Made by a program: the position numbers and the translations under genes. 64,000 bases of DNA from Bacillota bacterium (GTDB lineage: Bacteria; Bacillota; Ch66; Ch109), in the NCBI GenBank assembly GCA_050952625.1, contig JBMNLH010000005.1, positions 74,636 through 138,635 on the forward strand. Direction: 5' to 3'. Below the pieces are notes generated by a model. The model made no database searches. It had not been told where the DNA came from and saw nothing but the letters and a program-made list of their open reading frames with translations. Numbering within the stretch: position 1 is the stretch's first letter; each line of letters starts with the position of its first letter. Below, in pieces: positions 1 through 10,438 of this stretch.

Positions 1-242
1 GCACCGATCCGCCGCATGGTCATGCCCAAGTTTTCTTTTTCTTCCTTCAGCAGCAGATGTACGTGGTTGCTCATCAAACAGTATGCGTATAATTTGAATT
101 CGCTCTTCTGCTTATATTTTTCTAAGGTCCATAAAAACTGCAGTGCATCTTCCTTATCCTTGAAAATAGTCTGCCGGTTGATCCCGCGTAAAATTATATG
201 ATAGATCCCGGTTTCGCTTTTTCTTCGAGCCGTTCTGGGCAT
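1..242 (-). CDS. REP-associated tyrosine (HUH/Y1) transposase, RAYT/IS200-like; N-terminal part, runs off the window start
   Basis: Not in the ORF track. The reverse strand from ATG at 242 reads MPRTARRKSETGIYHIILRGINRQTIFKD...LYAYCLMSNHVHLLLKE, with the HUH motif NHVH and an AAGGAG RBS. REP-like palindromes lie immediately upstream. Confidence 0.9.
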   Translation of the reverse strand, partial: MPRTARRKSETGIYHIILRGINRQTIFKDKEDALQFLWTLEKYKQKSEFKLYAYCLMSNHVHLLLKEEKENLGMTMRRIG

Positions 243-289
243 TTTATTCCCTCCTTATATTGCATCATATCACTTTATGGCTGCTTTTG

Positions 290-390
290 CCAGCCATAAG
301 AACCGTCCCTTTGGTTGTTTTTTTGCTGCTTCTGTCAGCCAGAACCTCCGGTCGTGGTCGCCAGCCACGAGAACCGTCCCCGTGGTTGTT
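290..390. repeat. Two REP-like palindromes (family R: CAGCCAC-GGGGACGGTTCT-TGTGGCTG) next to the RAYT
   Basis: ccagccataagaaccgtccctttggttg at 290 and ccagccacgagaaccgtccccgtggttg at 361. The same motif recurs at about 4986, 6044, 7285, 8820, 9161, 25091, 34528, 37557, 37603, 39856-39945 (x3) and 63443. Confidence 0.85.
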
Positions 391-469
391 GCCCTATCTT
401 GAGTTATCCATGGTATAATGGGGAAGGAAGGTGATTGTAGAAAATAATACCTATGGGGGGCTAATATTG

Positions 470-2689
470 ATGCACAAGATAATATTCGTTTCCAATAGGT
501 TGCCGGTCACGGTCAAAAAAGGGGCAGCCGGGTTTGAGTGTCGGGAAAGCATCGGCGGACTGGCCACGGGCTTGAAAAGCTACCATGGACAAGCTAATAG
601 CCTCTGGGTAGGCTGGCTGGGGATTGCGGCAGAAGAATTGAATCTGTCAGAACGACAGAGCCTTCATGACAAGCTGCTGAACGAATATAAATGCCGGCCG
701 GTTTTTTTAACAGAGCAAGAAATTAATCAATACTATTATCGATTTTGCAACAAGACGATCTGGCCGCTGTTTCACTATTTCGTCAATAAAACAGACTGCG
801 AACCGGAAACCTGGGAGACTTATCAGCAGGTCAATCAGAAATTTTTTGCGGCCCTGGAGCCGCTTATTGAGGAAAACGACGTTATTTGGATCCATGATTA
901 CCATTTGATGCTGTTGCCCCGGCTGGTCAAAGAGAAATACCCGCAGACGAAAGTGGGGTTTTTCCTGCACATTCCTTTTCCTTCCTTTGAAATATTTCGT
1001 TTGCTGGTCTGGCGGGAAGAAATATTGCTGGGCCTTTTAGGGGCGGATTTAATTGGTTTTCATACTTATGACTATGTCCGTCACTTTTTAAGCAGTGTTC
1101 GGCGGTTGCTGGGCCTGGACCATAATTTTAATAAAATCAGTTATGATGGTCGCTGCGTGAAAGTTGACGCCTTTCCAATGGGTATAGATTATGATTTGTT
1201 TGCTCAAGGCTTTACCGATGAACAATTACCCCGGGAGATTGCTCAAATAAGTGAAAGTATTAAAGATGCCAAAGACACTAAGATAGTTCTGTCGATTGAC
1301 CGGCTTGATTACACTAAAGGTATTCCGGAACGAATCCGCGCTTTTCGCCGGTTTTTAGCCAATTATCCTGAGTATCACGGAAAGATTCGGTTATATTTGA
1401 TTGTCGCCCCCTCCCGGGAAGGGGTAGATTCCTACGATGAATTGCTCAAGGAAATAGAAGAATTAGTCAGTCGAGTCAATGGCAAGTACGGAACCCTAAG
1501 CTGGATGCCGATCTGGTATATTTATCGGATTTTACAGCAAGAGTACCTGATTAATTTTTACCGGCAGGCTGACGTGTTATTAGTCACCCCGCTCCGCGAC
1601 GGCATGAATCTGGTAGCCAAAGAATACATCGCCGCCCGGACTGATTATCAGGGGATGCTGGTTATTAGTGAAACCGCCGGGGCAGCCAGTGAATTAGGAG
1701 AAGCCGTCATTGTCAACCCCAATGACTTTGATGCGATTGCTCTGGGCCTGAAGACGGCTCTGGAAATGCCCCCGGACGAGAAGATGATGCGTAATAAAAT
1801 GATGCATAAACGGCTGCAGCGCTATAACGTAAAGTTTTGGGCCAGTGAGTTTTTAAACAGCTTAAACCAGGCGGTGGTCGACTCTGCCCAAAACATCTCT
1901 GTTCGAAGCCTCGAAAAAGAGCTGGATAAAATCAAGCAGGCTTATCAGGCCGCCCAAAACAGAGTGCTTTTTCTGGATTATGATGGTACTTTGGTGGGGT
2001 TTCAGCCGATCCCGGCGCAGGCCAAACCAGATCCGGAGCTAAAGGGGTTGTTGGCGGATTTGGCCAATGATCCGAGAAATACGGTGGTGATTGTCTCCGG
2101 ACGGGACAAGGATGTCCTGGATGAATGGTTAGGCGACCTGAATCTGCATCTGTTAGCCGCGCATGGCTTGTGGTTTCGCCACCCGGATCAAAAAGAGTGG
2201 AGCATGACCGCACCCCTGGATAATGACTGGAAAGATTCAGTGCGGTCGGTCCTGGTCTTTTATACGGATCGAATCCCCGGCTCTTTTATTGAAGAGAAAA
2301 ATTACTCAATTGCCTGGCATTATCGGCAGTGCGAGCCGGAACTGGTCGATATTAAATTGAATGAGATCAGGGAAAACCTGATGTCATTAATTGGTTCTAC
2401 TACTTTAGGGATTCAGGAAGGAAATAAGGTGCTGGAAGTCAAAGATACGAGAGTAAATAAAGGGTTTATCTCTTCCATCTTTATTCAGCGCAGCAGTTTT
2501 GATTTTATTCTTGGGGCCGGCGACGACTATACTGACGAGGACTTGTTCGCCTCGCTTCCCCCGGATGCTTTTTCCATTAAAATCGGCCTGGAAAAGACGC
2601 AGGCTAATTATCATGTTAAATCGTGGCAGTCGATGCGCTTGATCCTGCAGGCCCTGGCGAAAATTAGCAAGATAAATAAGGGTGAGTAG
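470..2689 (+). CDS. Bifunctional trehalose-6-phosphate synthase/phosphatase (OtsA-OtsB fusion)
   Basis: GT20 motifs (VSNRLP, WIHDYHL, DRLDYTKGI, DGMNLVAKEY) followed by a HAD domain (FLDYDGTL, GDDYTDED). Start placed at ATG 470 after a GGGGG RBS. Confidence 0.93.
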   Translation: MHKIIFVSNRLPVTVKKGAAGFECRESIGGLATGLKSYHGQANSLWVGWLGIAAEELNLSERQSLHDKLLNEYKCRPVFLTEQEINQYYYRFCNKTIWPLFHYFVNKTDCEPETWETYQQVNQKFFAALEPLIEENDVIWIHDYHLMLLPRLVKEKYPQTKVGFFLHIPFPSFEIFRLLVWREEILLGLLGADLIGFHTYDYVRHFLSSVRRLLGLDHNFNKISYDGRCVKVDAFPMGIDYDLFAQGFTDEQLPREIAQISESIKDAKDTKIVLSIDRLDYTKGIPERIRAFRRFLANYPEYHGKIRLYLIVAPSREGVDSYDELLKEIEELVSRVNGKYGTLSWMPIWYIYRILQQEYLINFYRQADVLLVTPLRDGMNLVAKEYIAARTDYQGMLVISETAGAASELGEAVIVNPNDFDAIALGLKTALEMPPDEKMMRNKMMHKRLQRYNVKFWASEFLNSLNQAVVDSAQNISVRSLEKELDKIKQAYQAAQNRVLFLDYDGTLVGFQPIPAQAKPDPELKGLLADLANDPRNTVVIVSGRDKDVLDEWLGDLNLHLLAAHGLWFRHPDQKEWSMTAPLDNDWKDSVRSVLVFYTDRIPGSFIEEKNYSIAWHYRQCEPELVDIKLNEIRENLMSLIGSTTLGIQEGNKVLEVKDTRVNKGFISSIFIQRSSFDFILGAGDDYTDEDLFASLPPDAFSIKIGLEKTQANYHVKSWQSMRLILQALAKISKINKGE

Positions 2690-2700
2690 GTGGTGGTTTA

Positions 2701-5026
2701 ATGCCAGACAGAGCCGCAATTTTTGAGTTGGATAATTTTTGTTTGGATAATTATCACGTTAAATTAAATGAGGTGCTGTTTCACAATGCCAATGGGTATA
2801 TCGGGGTGCGTTACGATTTGGAAGAAGGCTATCCGGGCGAATATGATGTGACCCCCAGTCAATATATCAACGGGTTCTATGACTTTGCCAAGTTAGGCCA
2901 GGCGGAAAAATTGTACGGGTTGACAGATGAAAAACAAACCATTTTAAACATTGCGAATACCCAGCCGATCCGGATCACTTTTGAGGATGAGGAGTTCAGC
3001 ATGTTTACCGGCACCGTGCTGGAGAGCCGGCTGCGCCTGGATATGAATCGGGGGGTAACGGTCAGGGAGGTCAAATGGCGTTCGCCCCAGGGGAAAGAGA
3101 TTAAGTTAACGGTTACGCGAATGGCCTCTTTTTATCAACTTCCATTATTTACGATTGAATATGAAGTGGAGCCGTTAAATTTTACCGGCGATGTTGTGAT
3201 TGAATCGGTGCATCAGGGAAATGTGTTAAATTATGTTAATCCGGCGGACCCGCGGATTGCGCAGGAACGGATTCGGTATTTGACCCCCATCAGTTGTGAA
3301 ATCAAAAAGGGGGCGTCTTATATAACCTCTAAAACCTCAAAATCAGGCCTGGAGGTCTGCACCGGCGTCAAAAACCTCTTGCCGCAAGAACATCAGCAGG
3401 AGTTTATTATAGATAATAATGATGCTGTTTGTCGGTTTAATGCCGTCGCTAAACAGCGAAAAAAAATCCGGTTGATCAAGTATGCCGTTTTTTGCGATTC
3501 GATTCGCTACCCGGATTGTCGGCAGCAGGCAGAAACTGAACTGAAGAAGGCTTTATCGGTGCCTTTGGAAGAGTATTACAAGAAGCAAGCCGCTTACCTG
3601 GCGGAATATTGGGATAATTGTCTCGTGGAAATCGATGGGGATGAATCGGTGAATAATGCTATTCGCTACAATTTATACCAATTATTTCAATCAGTGGGCA
3701 AGGACAAGTACTGTAATATCTCCCCGAAAGGATTAAGCGGCGATGGTTATGAGGGGCATTATTTCTGGGATTCCGAGATGTATATCTACCCCTTTTTCAC
3801 GATCACCAATCCGGCCATTACCCGCAAGCTGCTGGAATACCGGTATGCAACGCTTGACCTGGCTCGGGAGAATGCCCGGATATTAGGTCATCAAAGCGGG
3901 GCGCTGTATCCCTGGCGCACGATTATGGGCCGCGAATGCTCCGGGTTTTTCCCGGCCGGTTCGGCCCAGTACCATATCAATGGCGATATTGCCTATGCCA
4001 TTATTGCTTATTATTTAGCGACCAAGGATTTGGCGTTTATTCGAGAAATGGGAGCCGAGATGATTTGGGAAACCGCTCGGCTATGGATTGATGTGGGCAG
4101 TTTTTACGCCGGGAAATTTTACATCAATGACGTCACCGGTCCGGATGAGTACACCTGTATCGTAAATAACAATTATTACACGAATGTGTTGGCGCAATAC
4201 CACTTGACCTGGGCGGTAAAGTTTTACCATCTATTAAAGGCAGCTGGCGGGCTAGCAGATTTGGAACGGAAAATCCAGATTAAAGAGTCGGAAATAGCGC
4301 TTTTTCAGCGAGCGGCTGAAAGCATGTACCTGCCCTACGATGCGCAGTTAAAAATTAATCCGCAGGACGACTCCTTCCTGCAGAAGAAACCGTGGGATCT
4401 GGCCAGTATTCCGCGAGACAAGTTTCCTTTGCTGCTCCATTATCATCCTCTGCATTTATACCGGCACCAGATCTGCAAACAGGCGGATACGGTGATGGCG
4501 CATTTTATCCTGGAAGACGCGCAGTCCCCGGAAACCATCTTAAACTCGTTTAATTACTATGAAAAGATCACGACCCACGATTCTTCGCTGTCCCGGTGCA
4601 TCTTCAGCATTGTGGCGGCCCGGTTGGGGATGGTCGACAAGGCTTACGCCTATTTTCGAGCACACGGTTCGTTTAGATCTGGACAATCTGCATCGGAATA
4701 CGCCAGACGGCATTCATACCGCCAATATGGGCGGTAGTTATATGGCTGTGGTCTATGGCTTTGGGGGGTTCCGGCTGAAAGAGAGCGGCTTCTATTTTGC
4801 GCCGGTTTTACCGGCGGCCTGGACCGCCTATCGCTTCAAACTCCGCCTGGAAGAGAGCCGGATTGCCGTGGAGGTCAAGGAACACGAGTGCGTGTTCAGG
4901 CTGGAGAACGGCCCGGCCATAAAGATATTTGTCTATGGCCAAGAGTACCGGTTAACTGACACGCTGACGGTCGGCCGACAGCCGACAGCCACGGGGACGG
5001 TTCTTGTGGCCGGTAAGTCGCGGTAA
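2701..5026 (+). CDS. GH65 trehalose/kojibiose/maltose phosphorylase; one apparent +1 frameshift near 4655
   Basis: Motifs ANGYIGVR, KGLSGDGYEGHYFWDSE, GPDEY, KQAD and HDSSLS. The C-terminus (DLDNLHRNTPDGIHTANMGG) continues in ORF 4559..5026 after an extra T in a T run. Confidence 0.88.
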
Positions 5027-5405
5027 CATATTAATCCATAACGGATTCGTTTCATGCAGGGTGCAGAGCCGGTTGAGTCTACTCTCGGTAACATACTAAT
5101 CCTTAACGCCCGCCGGCAGCCGGCGGGCAACAAACTGGCCTGCTCAAGTCGCGGTAACATACTGGCCGGTAAGTCGCGTTCCAGCCAAGGGGACGCGTTA
5201 TGTCGTCGAGGTGAGTTTCCAACGAAAAGGGATCTGGGAATAGGGATCTGGCTCGTAACATATTAATCCATATTCGTTATGTCAAAACATGGGCCATGAT
5301 CTATATATCTAGCGGGGATGGGCAACCATCTAACTAGGAGTTAAAGAAGCAGGAATTTCTAAAGCAGGAATATTGTTCAACAAAGAAAGGAACGGTTTCG
5401 GTTGC

Positions 5406-6074
5406 ATGAAGTACCAAGCGATTATCTTTGATTTAGACGGGGTTATCTGCCACACGGACCAGTATCATTATTTGGCCTGGAAACAAATCGCCGATGAGCT
5501 CGAGGTCTACTTTGATGAGCAGATCAATAACCGGCTGCGAGGCGTCAGCCGCCGGGAAAGCCTGGAGATAATCCTGGAAGCCTATCCGGGCCGGCTAACT
5601 GAAGAAGAAAAGACTTATTACACCGAGAAGAAAAATGGACTTTACCGTAGTTTACTGCAAAACATGTCGCCGGCTGATGTCACCGCAGAGGTAAGGGAAA
5701 CCCTGGACCAGCTAAGGTCCCAGGGGATTCTCCTGGCCATCGGCTCCTCCAGCAAAAACGCGAAATCCATCTTAAAACAAATCGGCCTGGAGGATTACTT
5801 CGATGCCGTATCAGACGGGACCAACATTACCCATTCCAAGCCGGATCCGGAAGTGTTTTTAAAAGCCAGTCAGTTTCTAGGGGTTGAACCGCGGTTGTGC
5901 CTGGTGGTGGAAGATGCCAGATCCGGCGTAGAAGCCGCCCTAGCCGCGAACATGGATTGCGCGGCCATCGGCGACGCCACCAAATACAACCTGGCCCAGT
6001 ACAACCTCCAACGTTTCTCCGACTTACTGCAAATCAGCCAATTCAGCCACGGGGACGGTTCTTGTGGCCGGTAA
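5406..6074 (+). CDS. pgmB: Beta-phosphoglucomutase (HAD family)
   Basis: IFDLDGVICHT, RGVSRRESL, KPDPEVFL and VVEDA motifs; adjacent to a GH65 phosphorylase. Confidence 0.9.
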   Translation: MKYQAIIFDLDGVICHTDQYHYLAWKQIADELEVYFDEQINNRLRGVSRRESLEIILEAYPGRLTEEEKTYYTEKKNGLYRSLLQNMSPADVTAEVRETLDQLRSQGILLAIGSSSKNAKSILKQIGLEDYFDAVSDGTNITHSKPDPEVFLKASQFLGVEPRLCLVVEDARSGVEAALAANMDCAAIGDATKYNLAQYNLQRFSDLLQISQFSHGDGSCGR

Positions 6075-6226
6075 AATATGAGACATAGCAATAAAACTCT
6101 CGGGGGCGATTGACGGAATGGGGATTTATCTGCTAGATGGACACCGGGTTTTCCGAAGACACTGATTGCCGAAAATGCTATAATAGATAGCCAACAGAAT
6201 GATACGTGTAAGCGAGGGGTTATTGC

Positions 6227-7281
6227 GTGATCAATCCTGAAAGTTCTCATCACTGTCTTGATCAATTGAAGCATAGAGAATTAGAGCCAGGAAACCAAGC
6301 TGGTAACCTGAAGTACGAAGTGGCTTCCCCAACCTTTAAGGCGATTGCCACTAGCAGCCAAACCAACAGAAACCAGCAACCCAGAAAGAAAGTCCGGAAA
6401 GCGGTTATCCCGGCTGCCGGGCTGGGGACCCGTTTCTCTGCCGGCGACCAAGGCCCAGCCCAAAGAGATGTTGCCGGTTGTTGATAAGCCGGCTATCCAG
6501 TACATCGTCGAAGAGGCAGTTCAGTCTGGGATTGAGGATATTATTATCATCACCGGCCGCGGGAAGCGGGCGATTGAGGATCATTTCGATAAATCTTATG
6601 AGTTGGAGAGCATTCTGGAGGAAAAATGCGATTTCGATAAGCTGCGGGAGATTCGGGAGATTGTGAACCTGGTAGAGATTCACTATATTCGGCAGCGCGA
6701 GCCACGGGGGCTGGGGCATGCCATTTACTGTGCCCGCAAGTTTGTGGGAGATGAACCGTTTGCGGTTTTGCTGGGTGATGATATTGTGGTTTCGGAAACT
6801 CCCTGCTTGCGGCAATTGATTGACTTCTATAATGAGTATGGCGGATCAGTTTTGGGGGTGCAGCCGGTGCCGCAAAGCGAGGTCAGTCGGTACGGGATAG
6901 TTGAATCCATGCCGGATGATTCGATCAAATCTGATCATGCGCAACGCTTGGTGCGGGTTAAGGATCTGAGTGGAGAAACCCCCGATTGAGGAGGCTCCGT
7001 CAAATATTGCGATTTTGGGCCGCTACATCATCCAGCCGGAGGTTTTTAGTTTTTTGGAGAAACAGACCCCCGGGGCCGGCGGCGAAATCCAGCTCACGGA
7101 TGCTTTGCGGGCGTTAAAGAATGTTAGTCCCATGTATGCCTGTTCTTTTAGCGGTAAGCGGTACGATATCGGAACTAAGATGGGTTACCTGGAGGCAACC
7201 GTGGAGATGGCCTTGCGCCGCGAAGACCTGAAGGACGAGTTTGCTAGTTACTTGCGGAACCTGCTGGGAGTAGAGCAGTAG
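6227..7281 (+). CDS. galU: UTP-glucose-1-phosphate uridylyltransferase, split by two apparent single-base insertions (about 6437 and 6970)
   Basis: KAVIPAAGLGTRF / LPATKAQPKEMLPVVDKP / GAGGEIQLTDAL spread over three consecutive frames. True start uncertain. Confidence 0.88.
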
Positions 7282-7583
7282 AGAAAGCACGGGGGAGGTT
7301 CTTCTGCTTCTTTGATTTGTGAGGCATGAGGCGTAAAGGGTTGAAAAAATACAAATATGTTTAACTTTGCCTAAGGCGTTTTGGATAAAGGTCAGATCTG
7401 GTTAGGGGTTGTATGCATCTAACACATTAAGTTAATTAAGTTAATGTTAACATCAGATATTCTAACATTTAACGTCTTACATCTAACGTTTAACATTTAA
7501 CGTTTAACATCTAAATCTATCGTCTATCGTCTAAAAATACTTTGTCGCCGTGGGTGATAACTCAGTGAAAGGAACTATGCTAA

Positions 7584-8819
7584 ATGCCAGGATTAAAGAG
7601 CAAGCCGATTAAGGTTGCCGTTGTTTTTGGCACGCGGCCGGAGGCGATTAAGATGGCCCCGGTGGTTAAAGAGTTGCAGCAGTATCCGGAGGAGATCATT
7701 ACTCGGGTGGCGGTTACTGCGCAGCACCGGCAGATGCTGGACCAGGTGCTGGATCTGTTTAAGATCGTGCCGGACTTTGACTTAAATATCATGAAGCAGC
7801 AGCAGACCTTGTTTGATATTACTACCCAGGCTTTGACCGGCCTGGGCCAGGTTTTTGCCAAGGACCGGCCGGACCTGGTGCTGGTCCACGGCGATACGAC
7901 TACGACCTTTGCCGGGAGTTTGGCCGCTTTTTACCATCAGATTCCGGTCGGCCATGTTGAGGCTGGGCTGCGGACGCATGATAAGTATTCTCCTTATCCA
8001 GAAGAGATGAACCGCCACCTGACCGGGGTCATCGCGGATCTGCATTTTGCCCCGACTGCTACTTCCCGAGCTAATCTTTTACGCGAAGGCATTGCCCCGG
8101 ACAAGATCTATGTGACCGGCAATACGGTGATTGATGCCCTGCTGGCCACGGTCCGCCCAGATTACCGTTTTCAGGGAGAGCTGAGCGAGATCGTGAGAAG
8201 AAATTCTGAGTTGGAGCGGACCGCGGCCGGAAACCAGAGAAGCAGCGGCGAGGGGCAAGATTTTGTTTGGCGCGAAGCAACGTCCCGGGTAACGGGCAGC
8301 CGCCGTCTGATCCTGGTGACCACGCATCGGCGTGAGAACCTGGGTGATCCCTTGCGCGAGGTTTATCTGGCTTTTCGTGATTTGCTGGATACCTTTCCGG
8401 ATATTGAGCTGGTTTTTCCGGTCCATAAGAACCCCCGCGTGCGCGAGGTGGTGGAACAGGTCCTGGGCGGGCTGGCGCGGGTGCATCTGATCGAGCCGTT
8501 AGACTACGAACCTTTTGCCAACTTGATGAACTATGCGACCCTGGTTCTGACGGATTCCGGCGGTTTGCAAGAGGAGGCCCCGGCTCTGGGTAAACCGGTG
8601 CTGGTGCTGCGGGATACCACGGAACGGCCGGAGGCGGTCGAAGCCGGGACCGTCAAACTGGTCGGGACAAACCGGGAGTCGGTCTATCAGACTGCGCGGG
8701 AACTCCTGGCGAATCCGGCGGAGTATGATAAAATGGCTCGGGCAATTAATCCTTATGGGGATGGTCAAGCGGCCCGGCGCACGGTACTGGCGATCCGGCA
8801 CTACTTTGGGCTGACGTAA
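7584..8819 (+). CDS. wecB: UDP-N-acetylglucosamine 2-epimerase (non-hydrolysing)
   Basis: FGTRPEAIKMAP, HGDTTT, HVEAGLRT, TDSGGLQEEAP and NPYGDG motifs; carries an extra ~30 aa polar insertion. Confidence 0.93.
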   Translation: MPGLKSKPIKVAVVFGTRPEAIKMAPVVKELQQYPEEIITRVAVTAQHRQMLDQVLDLFKIVPDFDLNIMKQQQTLFDITTQALTGLGQVFAKDRPDLVLVHGDTTTTFAGSLAAFYHQIPVGHVEAGLRTHDKYSPYPEEMNRHLTGVIADLHFAPTATSRANLLREGIAPDKIYVTGNTVIDALLATVRPDYRFQGELSEIVRRNSELERTAAGNQRSSGEGQDFVWREATSRVTGSRRLILVTTHRRENLGDPLREVYLAFRDLLDTFPDIELVFPVHKNPRVREVVEQVLGGLARVHLIEPLDYEPFANLMNYATLVLTDSGGLQEEAPALGKPVLVLRDTTERPEAVEAGTVKLVGTNRESVYQTARELLANPAEYDKMARAINPYGDGQAARRTVLAIRHYFGLT

Positions 8820-9257
8820 CAGCCACGGGGACGGTTCTTGTGGCTGGCAAACGCGGTGCTCAACAATGGGGCCGGTTTTTATGGCTGACAAACGTGGTAC
8901 TATCGGTCGGTTTGTCCCTCGTAACTCGTAATATTATATTAATAATACCCCAGCTTCAAACTTAGTTGTACAATCCTGAGTTCGGGCTTTGTCCCTCATA
9001 TTAATTAAAATAATATTCAGAGGAAACCGCTGGGAGTTACAGGCGAGGCAATAGTTTGTCCCTCTATAATTAAATAATATCTTGGTTTCGTTTTCTTCGG
9101 GCTGTTCTGGGAATTGCATGCTATCTTTTTGTTTGGCATAGCCCCTTACGGAGCTTCTACTAGCCACAAGAACCGTCCCTGTGGCTGGGTGTTTATTATG
9201 TCTCGCAGGTGGTTATACTTGTGATTAAGTAACTATCTGTTATCGGAGGGGGTAGTT

Positions 9258-9383
9258 TTGGAGGAGCGAAAGCCTGTAAAACAAAGGGATTTGGTGATCT
9301 TTCGCCAGCGGCCGGGTCGGGGGAGGATTTTTACTCTGTTTTGTCAAGCGGCAGAAAAAATTATCAAAGAGCGTTCTTCATAG
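9258..9383 (+). CDS. Putative 41-aa small protein
   Basis: TTG start with a strong GGAGGGGG RBS, a TATACT -10-like hexamer near 9214 and a downstream terminator. Reads MEERKPVKQRDLVIFRQRPGRGRIFTLFCQAAEKIIKERSS. Confidence 0.45.
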   Translation: MEERKPVKQRDLVIFRQRPGRGRIFTLFCQAAEKIIKERSS

Positions 9384-9471
9384 GAAGGACTGGGTAACAC
9401 GTTTATCGGTAAGTATTAGTCGTTGATTCGAAAAACTATTAGACATCCTGTGGACCTATAATATTAATGAG

Positions 9472-9516
9472 AATACCGGAGACTCAGTTATTGAGCTTCC
9501 GGTATTTTTATTTTTG
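9472..9516 (+). terminator. Rho-independent terminator
   Basis: aataccgga...tccggtatt stem followed by a T-rich tail. Confidence 0.6.
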
Positions 9517-9623
9517 CTCCTATCCATAATAACAGGGAACTCACCTTTCATAAGTTGTTGTATAAGAATAAGATGTCGACTCCAGTTGTCATTGCTAAGA
9601 GTATAACCATTTATTGTCCGTTA

Positions 9624-9663
9624 TTTTCATAGGTGGTTGTGTCCTTAAGGCATGGGCGGTTAA
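9624..9663 (+). repeat. Dispersed ~40 bp element, family X (TTTTCAT-AGGTGGTTGT-N9-10-GCATGGGCGGTTA)
   Basis: Near-identical copies at 10564-10602 (+) and 61121-61160 (-); partial copies at 60897-60923 (+) and 63991-64000 (-). Confidence 0.75.
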
Positions 9664-9709
9664 TTAAAAGTAGAGCTCCAAATTATTAAGATAGGGGTGT
9701 CGGCTCTTA

Positions 9710-10438
9710 ATGGATTGGTTTATAGAGAGTTCCTGGAAAACGGTCGTCGCCTTTACGGTCGTGCTAAGTTATGCCCGGTTGTTAGGCAAAGAGCAAATCG
9801 GTCACCTTACTTTTTATGATTATGTGGTCGGTATTACTTTTGGTAACTTGGCTGCTTCTTTGGCTTTGGCTCCAGTACCAGAAATGCTAGGGATTTTTTG
9901 GCAGTCAACCTTGTTTGTTGGGATAGCTTATTTTTTGGGGTTCGTTACTTTGAAAAGTAGGCAGATGCGCAAAATAATTGAGGGTGAACCGGTGATTGTG
10001 ATCCATAACGGCAAGATTCTAGAGCATGGTATGCGGAAAATGAGGTATAACACGGAAAACCTGTTGACGCAGCTGCGCGATAAAGGGATCTTTAATATCG
10101 CTGATGTCGAATATGCTATTTTGGAGACTAATGGCTGCTTAAGTGTACTCCCTCACTCCCAGAAACGGCCAGTAACCCCGCAAGATTTGCAGCTGCCGAC
10201 GCAGTACGAGGGTGTCCCGAGCGAGATAATCGTTAAGGGCAAGGTGATTTATCCCAATTTGGAACAAAATAATTTGGACGAACAGTGGTTGATTTCCGCC
10301 CTTAACCAGAAGGGGATCAATGACCCGTCTGATGTGTTTTACGCCAGCCTGGACACCAGCGGGAATCTATATATTGATTTGTGGCGCGATGATCTCCAGT
10401 ATCCGGTCGATGTGACTGATTGTAAGGTTCCGGATTAA
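9710..10438 (+). CDS. DUF421 / YetF-family membrane protein
   Basis: RLLGKEQIGHLTFYDYVVGITFG, GEPVIVIHNGKI and VEYAILETNG signatures. Confidence 0.88.
   Translation: MDWFIESSWKTVVAFTVVLSYARLLGKEQIGHLTFYDYVVGITFGNLAASLALAPVPEMLGIFWQSTLFVGIAYFLGFVTLKSRQMRKIIEGEPVIVIHNGKILEHGMRKMRYNTENLLTQLRDKGIFNIADVEYAILETNGCLSVLPHSQKRPVTPQDLQLPTQYEGVPSEIIVKGKVIYPNLEQNNLDEQWLISALNQKGINDPSDVFYASLDTSGNLYIDLWRDDLQYPVDVTDCKVPD

Noticed and set aside
8172-8252. 63-bp-period similarity in the wecB insertion (and similar weak ones in yitJ, comFA and at 39542/39598)
   Set aside because: Identity is too low to distinguish from chance by eye, so these are not counted among the scars.
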